Source: Chrysochromulina tobinii (lineage: Eukaryota). Taken from it: DNA of 64,000 bases. Both the position numbers and the translations under genes were made by a program. The notes under the pieces were generated by a model. That model saw nothing but the letters and a program-made list of their open reading frames with translations, was not told the DNA's origin and did not search any database. Where the stretch lies: NCBI GenBank assembly GCA_001275005.1, contig JWZX01003345.1, forward strand, positions 1 through 64,000. Reading direction: 5' to 3'. Positions 57,718-64,000 of this stretch are shown here, in pieces. Each line of letters starts with the position of its first letter. Position 1 is the first letter of the stretch.

Positions 57718-58015
57718 ATGTATTAATTTTCACAATGTTTACGTCCGGAAAATGATTTATTACTTCTTTAAAGGGTTCACTATTTCTGTCCGCCCGCCAA
57801 GAATTCATTACTTCGGCGGCCGAATTTAAAATGTGTGCCTTTTCTCTGTCTTTAATCCAGGGCTTAAAAGCTAGTTCTATTTTTAGCTGTTCCCAAGCTT
57901 CGGTCTTAGGCCAAAAATAATAACTAGTTATTGGTAACCTACATTTTGTACTGGTCTGATCAATAGCCAAACCAAGAAAATTGTTAGACCAAAGAATTTT
58001 TAATTCTAATTTCAC
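57716..58015 (-). CDS. ycf65: Plastid-specific ribosomal protein PSRP-3 (Ycf65), GTG start
   Basis: LKILW..N.LGLAIDQ...PITSYYFWP..EAWEQLKIEL..KPWI. Confidence 0.93.
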   Translation of the reverse strand: MKLELKILWSNNFLGLAIDQTSTKCRLPITSYYFWPKTEAWEQLKIELAFKPWIKDREKAHILNSAAEVMNSWRADRNSEPFKEVINHFPDVNIVKINT

Positions 58016-58136
58016 ACTTTATACCAAAATTTTTGTAAAATTTTTCAATACTACCAGATAAATTACAAGAAAGGAAAGAATCAAAAAATCTAATTATTTT
58101 ACTTATAAAATTGCCAAAACAAAATAATTACGAATC

Positions 58137-58379
58137 TTAAAGTTGTTCAAAGATTTTTGCACGTATAAAAATATTTCGCACCGTTTCTGTTGGCTGAGCA
58201 CCATCCTTTAATCTTGCGATAATTTTCTGAAATTTTAAATGTGTTTCATCGGTCATTGGATTATAAAACCCTAACTCTTCAATGGAACTACCATCTCTTT
58301 TAGTTTTACTGTTCATTGCAACAATACGGTAACAAGGTTGCCCCTTACGACCATATTTTTTTAGTCTAAGCTTTATCAT
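58137..58379 (-). CDS. rps16: 30S ribosomal protein S16
   Basis: MIKLRLKKYGRK, ELGFYNP, GAQPTETV. Confidence 0.97.
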   Translation of the reverse strand: MIKLRLKKYGRKGQPCYRIVAMNSKTKRDGSSIEELGFYNPMTDETHLKFQKIIARLKDGAQPTETVRNIFIRAKIFEQL

Positions 58380-58391
58380 AACGAATGAAAA

Positions 58392-58529
58392 TTAAACTGT
58401 TAGTTTATTTCTACCTCTTTTTCTTCTTGCATTTATAACACGACGGCCCGCTTTAGATTCCATTCTACTACGAAATCCAGACGTTCGTAACTTTTTTATA
58501 TTTGTCCCTCGAAGTGTCCTTTTTGTCAT
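58392..58529 (-). CDS. rpl34: 50S ribosomal protein L34
   Basis: Manual translation [45 protein letters not shown]. Confidence 0.95.
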   Translation of the reverse strand: MTKRTLRGTNIKKLRTSGFRSRMESKAGRRVINARRKRGRNKLTV

Positions 58530-58565
58530 ATTTAAATAACCAAATTTATTTTAAAAATTAACAAA

Positions 58566-58868
58566 TTACCAACTAGATTTTGTTAAGCCTGGAATAAGAC
58601 CATCATGTGCCATTTCACGTAGTACATGTCTAGATAACCCAAAGTCTCTGTAAAAACCTCTACTACGACCAGTCACCCAACAACGGTTTCGCTGTCGAGA
58701 AGGTGAAGAATTTCTCGGCAATTTTTCAAACTTTTTATATAATGCTAATCTATCTTGGAAAGATGTCGCCGATTTTAGTTCATTTTTAAGCAATTCGCGT
58801 TTTGCTGAATGCTTAACAACTAACCCCTCGCGCTTTTTATCACGCTGTATCATATTTTGTTTTGCCAT
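58566..58868 (-). CDS. rps14: 30S ribosomal protein S14
   Basis: [27 protein letters not shown]. Confidence 0.97.
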   Translation of the reverse strand: MAKQNMIQRDKKREGLVVKHSAKRELLKNELKSATSFQDRLALYKKFEKLPRNSSPSRQRNRCWVTGRSRGFYRDFGLSRHVLREMAHDGLIPGLTKSSW

Positions 58869-59073
58869 TATTACTGCATAATGTTAAGATTATTCGACTA
58901 TGTTATATTAATAACAATTTGATATTATTTTATATTTCCAACCTGTAACAAAGGATTCTAAAAAAAATTCATCACGATGTCAATATCTAAAAGGTTTAAA
59001 AAAGAGTTTAAAATCATAGGTTATGTAAAAGATAAAAATCAAATACGAGATCTAAAATAACATTTTTTTTCAA

Positions 59074-59589
59074 ATGAATCAAAAAAACGATAATTTTATT
59101 GATAAAACGTTCACCGTTTTAGCAGATATTTTACTAAAAGTGCTTCCTGCGACAAAAGATGAAAAACAAGCATTTTCGTATTATCGGTACGGTATGTCTG
59201 CACAATCAAGCGGAGATTACGCTGAAGCATTAGAAAATTATTACGAAGCATTAAAACTCGAAGAAGATCCGTATGATCGAAGCTATATTTTATACAATAT
59301 TGGTCTAATTTACAGTAATAATGGGGAATATTCGAAAGCGCTAGATTATTACCAACAAGCTCTCGATTTAAATTCACGTTTGCCTCAAGCCCTTAATAAT
59401 ATGGCTGTTATTTACCATTACCAGGGGACCAAGGCGTCTGAAAAAAAAGAGTTCGAACTCGCCCAAAATATGTTTGAAAAGGCCGGAAGTTATTGGAAAA
59501 AGGCTATCCGTTTAGCACCAAATAATTATATCGAAGCCCAAAACTGGTTGAAAATAACGGGAAAATTGAATGATACAGACGACTTTTAA
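59074..59589 (+). CDS. ycf3: Photosystem I assembly protein Ycf3 (TPR)
   Basis: [33 protein letters not shown]. Confidence 0.98.
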   Translation: MNQKNDNFIDKTFTVLADILLKVLPATKDEKQAFSYYRYGMSAQSSGDYAEALENYYEALKLEEDPYDRSYILYNIGLIYSNNGEYSKALDYYQQALDLNSRLPQALNNMAVIYHYQGTKASEKKEFELAQNMFEKAGSYWKKAIRLAPNNYIEAQNWLKITGKLNDTDDF

Positions 59590-59753
59590 TCAAATACGGA
59601 TTAACTACATCTTGTAATTTGGTACTATAATTCTATTGTAGAATGATAAGACAAGTAAAATTTGGACCTATTTTTATGACTTATTTAATAGGTCGTATTC
59701 AAAACAATATAGGATATAAATTACTTTTAATTAATTGAAAAAGAATAGTTAAT

Positions 59754-60809
59754 ATGACTATTGCAATCGGGCAAAAGCAAGATCGTGGTGTATTCGATCT
59801 TATTGATGACTGGCTAAAGCGTGACCGTTTCGTTTTCGTTGGATGGTCTGGACTTCTTCTATTCCCATGTGCATTCCTAGCTGTAGGTGGTTGGCTAACT
59901 GGTATTACTTTCGTAACATCTTGGTACACTCACGGTCTAGCAAGTTCGTTCCTAGAAGGATGTAACTTCCTAACTGCTGCTGTATCTACTCCTGCTAACA
60001 GTATGGGTCACTCACTACTACTTATCTGGGGACCTGAAGCACAAGGTGACATCACTCGTTGGTTCCAAATTGGTGGTCTTTGGGCTTTTATTGCACTACA
60101 CGGTTCGTTTGGTGTAATTGGTTTCTGTCTTAGACAGTTTGAGATCGCTCGTTTAGTAGGTATTCGTCCTTACAACGCAATCGCTTTCTCTGGTCCAATC
60201 GCCGTATTCGTTACAGTTTTCCTAGTTTACCCTTTAGGTCAAGCAAGTTGGTTCTTTGCACCAAGTTTTGGTGTAGCGGCAATTTTCCGTTTCCTTCTTT
60301 TCCTACAAGGTTTCCACAACTGGACTCTTAACCCATTCCACATGATGGGCGTAGCTGGTATCCTTGGTGGTGCCTTACTATGTGCTATTCATGGTGCGAC
60401 TGTAGAGAACACTCTTTTCGAAGATGGTGATGCTGCGAACACTTTCCGTGCATTCACTCCAACACAATCAGAAGAGACTTACTCAATGGTTACTGCAAAC
60501 CGTTTCTGGTCTCAGATTTTTGGTGTTGCATTCTCTAACAAGCGTTGGTTACACTTCTTCATGCTTTTCGTACCAGTAGCTGGTATGTGGACAAGTGCGA
60601 TCGGTATTGTAGGTTTAGCACTAAACCTGCGTGCATACGATTTCGTTTCGCAAGAGCTTAGAGCCGCAGAAGACCCTGAATTCGAAACATTCTACACGAA
60701 AAACAACCTTCTAAATGAAGGTATCCGTGCGTGGATGGCTGCACAAGATCAACCTCATGAAAACTTCATCTTCCCTGAGGAGGTACTACCACGTGGAAAC
60801 GCCCTTTAA
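59754..60809 (+). CDS. psbD: Photosystem II D2 protein
   Basis: [16 protein letters not shown]...[10 protein letters not shown]. Confidence 0.99.
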   Translation: MTIAIGQKQDRGVFDLIDDWLKRDRFVFVGWSGLLLFPCAFLAVGGWLTGITFVTSWYTHGLASSFLEGCNFLTAAVSTPANSMGHSLLLIWGPEAQGDITRWFQIGGLWAFIALHGSFGVIGFCLRQFEIARLVGIRPYNAIAFSGPIAVFVTVFLVYPLGQASWFFAPSFGVAAIFRFLLFLQGFHNWTLNPFHMMGVAGILGGALLCAIHGATVENTLFEDGDAANTFRAFTPTQSEETYSMVTANRFWSQIFGVAFSNKRWLHFFMLFVPVAGMWTSAIGIVGLALNLRAYDFVSQELRAAEDPEFETFYTKNNLLNEGIRAWMAAQDQPHENFIFPEEVLPRGNAL

Positions 60810-62169
60810 CGCAGTAATTGCAGGCCGTGATATTGAATCTACAGGATTCGCTTGGTGGTCTGGTAACGCACGTCTAATTAATGTTTCTGGAAAGCTTTTA
60901 GGTGCTCACGTTGCGCACGCGGGTCTAATGGTTTTCTGGTGTGGTGCAATGACACTTTTTGAAGTTGCACACTATATCCCAGAGAAGCCTCTATATGAGC
61001 AAGGTTGTATTCTTATCCCACACCTTACGACTCTAGGTTGGGGTGTAGGCCCTGGTGGTGAAGTAACAAATGTATACCCATTCTTTGTAGTAGGTGTTTT
61101 ACACCTAATTTCATCAGCGGTTTTAGGTTTTGGTGGAGTATATCACTCCCTAATCGGACCGGATACTTTAGAAGAGAGTTTCCCATTCTTCGGTTACGAT
61201 TGGCGTGACAAGAACAAAATGACTACAATTCTAGGTATTCACTTAATCCTTTTAGGAATCGGTTGTTTCCTTCTTGTAGCAAAGGCTTGTTTCGTTGGTG
61301 GTCTTTATGATACATGGGCTCCAGGTGGTGGAGACGTTCGAGTAGTAAGTGCTCCTACGCTAAACCCACTAATCATCTTTGGTTACGTTCTGAAGTCACC
61401 TTTTGGTGGCGACGGTTGGATTATCAGTGTAAACAACCTAGAAGACCTTGTAGGTGGACACATTTGGTTAGGTTTCCTATGTGTTGTAGGTGGTATTTGG
61501 CACATCCTTACTAAGCCTTTTGCTTGGGCGCGTCGTACTTTCGTATGGTCAGGTGAAGCTTACCTGTCATACAGTTTAGCTGCTTTAAGTGGTATGGGTC
61601 TAACAGCTGCCGTATTTGTATGGTACAACAACACAGCGTACCCAAGTGAGTTCTTTGGTCCAACAGGTCCTGAAGCTTCACAATCTCAAGCATTCACTTT
61701 CCTAGTACGTGACCAACGTCTTGGTGCAAACGTAGCTTCAGCTCAAGTCCAACAGTCTTGTAAGTACCTTATGAGATCACCAAGTGGTGAGATCATCTTT
61801 GGTGGTGAAACAATGCGTTTCTGGGACATGCGTGCCCCATGGGTTGAGCCACTTCGTGGTCCAAACGGTCTTGACTTAAACAAAATTCGTAACGATATTC
61901 AGCCTTGGCAAGAGCGTCGTGCGGCAGAGTACATGACTCATGCTCCTCTTGGTGCACTTAACTCGGTAGGTGGTGTAGCAACGGAGATTAACTCAGTTAA
62001 CTACGTATCTCCTCGTTCTTGGCTATGCTGTTCTCACTTCTTCCTAGGATTCTTCCTATGGGTAGGTCACTTATGGCATGCAGGTCGTGCAAGAGCTGCT
62101 GCTGCAGGTTTTGAGAAGGGTATTAACCGTGAAAATGAGCCCGTACTATCAATGCGTCCTTTAGACTAG
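60793..62169 (+). CDS. psbC: Photosystem II CP43 (GTG start overlapping psbD by 17 nt)
   Basis: [30 protein letters not shown] upstream of GTG at 60793; in-frame ATG at 60757 is an alternative. Confidence 0.97.
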   Translation: METPFNAVIAGRDIESTGFAWWSGNARLINVSGKLLGAHVAHAGLMVFWCGAMTLFEVAHYIPEKPLYEQGCILIPHLTTLGWGVGPGGEVTNVYPFFVVGVLHLISSAVLGFGGVYHSLIGPDTLEESFPFFGYDWRDKNKMTTILGIHLILLGIGCFLLVAKACFVGGLYDTWAPGGGDVRVVSAPTLNPLIIFGYVLKSPFGGDGWIISVNNLEDLVGGHIWLGFLCVVGGIWHILTKPFAWARRTFVWSGEAYLSYSLAALSGMGLTAAVFVWYNNTAYPSEFFGPTGPEASQSQAFTFLVRDQRLGANVASAQVQQSCKYLMRSPSGEIIFGGETMRFWDMRAPWVEPLRGPNGLDLNKIRNDIQPWQERRAAEYMTHAPLGALNSVGGVATEINSVNYVSPRSWLCCSHFFLGFFLWVGHLWHAGRARAAAAGFEKGINRENEPVLSMRPLD

Positions 62170-62201
62170 GTAAAATCTAGCCTTTAGATTTGCATAAAAA
62201 C

Positions 62202-62247
62202 AAAAAAATAACGATTCGTCTTAACTGATGAATCGTTATTTTTTTTT
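62202..62247. terminator. Hairpin downstream of psbC
   Basis: A-run-TAACGATTC...GAATCGTTA-T-run. Confidence 0.7.
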
Positions 62248-62400
62248 AATTTTTGTTATCCCATATTTTATATGTATTAAATACCAGAAACAGATCTCTA
62301 ACCTAAATAAAATCCAATAACATTTTTTATTATTAGGTTATTTGGTTTCTGCTTTTCAGGGAGTGATTAATATACTTATGCTGAAAGCTTTAACAAAAAT

Positions 62401-62486
62401 CGGAGAAGGTGGGATTCGAACCCACGGAAGCTTGCACTTCATCTGATTTCAAATCAGACGCAATAGACCAACTCTGCCACCTCTCC
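62401..62486 (-). tRNA. trnS: tRNA-Ser(UGA)
   Basis: GGAGAGGTGGCAGAG...TCTGA-TTTGAAA-TCAGA, long variable arm, G73. Confidence 0.95.
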
Positions 62487-62494
62487 TCGAGATA

Positions 62495-62523
62495 AGGATA
62501 ATAAAAACTACCTTAAATGTCAA
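62495..62523 (-). promoter_or_regulatory. Sigma70-type promoter for trnS
   Basis: TTGACA-N17-TATCCT on the minus strand. Confidence 0.6.
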
Positions 62524-62567
62524 GTATACAACTAAGTTTTTAACGCAAAACGTACAAAAAAATATAT

Positions 62568-62641
62568 CGGGCAAGAAGGGATTCGAACCCCTGACACCAT
62601 GGTTCGTAGCCATGTGCTCTAGTCCACTGAGCTACAAGCCC
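62568..62641 (-). tRNA. trnR: tRNA-Arg(ACG)
   Basis: GGGCTTGTAGCTCAGTGG...CATGG-CTACGAA-CCATG. Confidence 0.95.
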
Positions 62642-62664
62642 TATACTTAGCTTCACAAAATCTT

Positions 62665-62693
62665 ATTTTAATAGCTGGGAACAAAAAAGTCAA
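62665..62693 (-). promoter_or_regulatory. Sigma70-type promoter for trnR(ACG)
   Basis: TTGACT-N17-TAAAAT on the minus strand. Confidence 0.6.
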
Positions 62694-62711
62694 TTTTTAA
62701 AAAATTTATAT

Positions 62712-62783
62712 CTGGGGTGGTAGGGCTCGAACCTACGAATAACGGAGTCAAAGTCCGCTGCCTTACCACTTGGCTACACCCCA
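62712..62783 (-). tRNA. trnQ: tRNA-Gln(UUG)
   Basis: TGGGGTGTAGCCAAGTGGTAAGGC...CTTTGAC. Confidence 0.95.
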
Positions 62784-62813
62784 AAAATTCATATTCTTAA
62801 GCTTCGTACATAG

Positions 62814-62842
62814 AAGATATATGTTCACAAAGCTATTGTCAA
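62814..62842 (-). promoter_or_regulatory. Sigma70-type promoter for trnQ
   Basis: TTGACA-N17-TATCTT on the minus strand. Confidence 0.6.
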
Positions 62843-62933
62843 GATAATTTGATAAACCACCCATTTTTAGAAAAAATCTAAAAAAATTTATGCCTCCTAG
62901 TAGGAAAAAACTCTACAGGGAGGCAATGTTTTT

Positions 62934-63416
62934 TTAGAAGAAACCTAGTGTTAGAGCTTGCGTAATTGGCATTGTTGCTCCAATACCTAACCAGAAAGCA
63001 ATAAACGTACCCGCTAAAAATACTAATGATGCTAATGGACGTCTAAATGGGTTCTGGAACTTATTTACGTTCTCAATAAAAGGTACAGTAATTAAACCAA
63101 GAGGTACTGCAGCCATTGAACCTACACCTAATAACTTGTTAGGGATTACTCGAAGTAAGTTAAACGTTGGGAAGAAATACCACTCAGGTAAAATCTCTAA
63201 TGGAGTTGCGAAAGGATCTGCTCTTTCACCTAAAGTCGTTGGCGTAAGAACACCTAAACCGATACAACATGAAATTGTACCTAGAATACAAACAGGGAAA
63301 ATGTAAAGTAGATCATTTGGCCATGCAGGCTCACCGTAATAATTGTGACCCATACCTTTTGCTAATTTAGCTCTTAGCTTTGGATCAGATAAGTCTGGCT
63401 TTTTTAAGATAGACAT
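62934..63416 (-). CDS. petD: Cytochrome b6f subunit IV
   Basis: [21 protein letters not shown] motif. Confidence 0.98.
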   Translation of the reverse strand: MSILKKPDLSDPKLRAKLAKGMGHNYYGEPAWPNDLLYIFPVCILGTISCCIGLGVLTPTTLGERADPFATPLEILPEWYFFPTFNLLRVIPNKLLGVGSMAAVPLGLITVPFIENVNKFQNPFRRPLASLVFLAGTFIAFWLGIGATMPITQALTLGFF

Positions 63417-63494
63417 AATAAATAATAAATTGATTAATTAATTGCTGTAATGTAATAAACGTGAGGAATCTAAACAAAAAGGAAAACTTAAAGT

Positions 63495-64000
63495 TTATAA
63501 AGGACCAGAAATTCCTTGCTTACGAATCATAACGAAATGTGTAAGCATTAGAACTGCTGCTACCACAGGTAAAACGAATGTGTGTGCACTGTAGAATCGA
63601 GTTAGAGTGGATTGTCCAACGCTTACACCACCACGTAAAAGTTTAACAACTAAATCTCCAACAACTGGAATAGCATCAGGAACACCTGTTACAATCTTAC
63701 AAGCCCAGTAACCAACTTGATCCCAAGGTAAAGAATACCCTGTTACACCGAAAGATACTGTTACAGAAGCTAAAGCAACGCCAGTAACCCAAGTTAACTC
63801 TCTTGGTTTTTTAAAACCACCTGTTAGATAAACACGACAAACATGAAGAATCATATTCAGCACCATCATACTTGCGGACCATCTGTGAACAGAACGAATT
63901 AGCCAGCCGAAGTTAACTTGAGTCATAATGTACTCTACGGAAGCAAAAGCCTCAGTTACTGTTGGACGGTAATAGAAAGTCATTGCAAAGCCTGTTGCGA
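63495..64000 (-). CDS. petB: Cytochrome b6 (5'-truncated by the window edge)
   Basis: [33 protein letters not shown]. Confidence 0.97.
   Translation of the reverse strand, partial: ATGFAMTFYYRPTVTEAFASVEYIMTQVNFGWLIRSVHRWSASMMVLNMILHVCRVYLTGGFKKPRELTWVTGVALASVTVSFGVTGYSLPWDQVGYWACKIVTGVPDAIPVVGDLVVKLLRGGVSVGQSTLTRFYSAHTFVLPVVAAVLMLTHFVMIRKQGISGPL

Overview
This window is about 64 kb of a gene-dense, AT-rich plastid genome from the red-algal lineage, most likely a haptophyte (prymnesiophyte). The assignment rests on a form ID rbcL-rbcS operon, the 48-aa 'c-type' rpl36, minD, ycf55/ycf80/ycf45, and the absence of rpl4/rpl29/rpl24/rpl18/rpl13 from the ribosomal protein cluster. It runs from the 3' end of 23S and the 5S rRNA through rbcLS, rpoBC1C2, the atp operon, dnaK, the rpl3-tufA-rps10 cluster, psa/psb/pet genes, chlI, thiG, rbcR, 14 tRNAs and a tmRNA, to a partial petB. 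I saw no mobile elements, introns or CRISPR arrays. Several essential genes (rpoB, rpl5, secY, rpoA, psbC) carry small indels, mostly in short base runs, and some normally conserved residues are substituted. Sequencing or assembly error explains this best, but RNA editing cannot be excluded from DNA alone. The most interesting biological candidates are four: the ycf65 stop codon overlapping the 5' end of tRNA-Arg(CCG) next to the tmRNA gene; a possible structured leader upstream of rpl3; an unnamed ORF154 resembling cyanobacterial DUF3038; and a cluster of QB-site substitutions in psbA. I did not find a clearly novel system.
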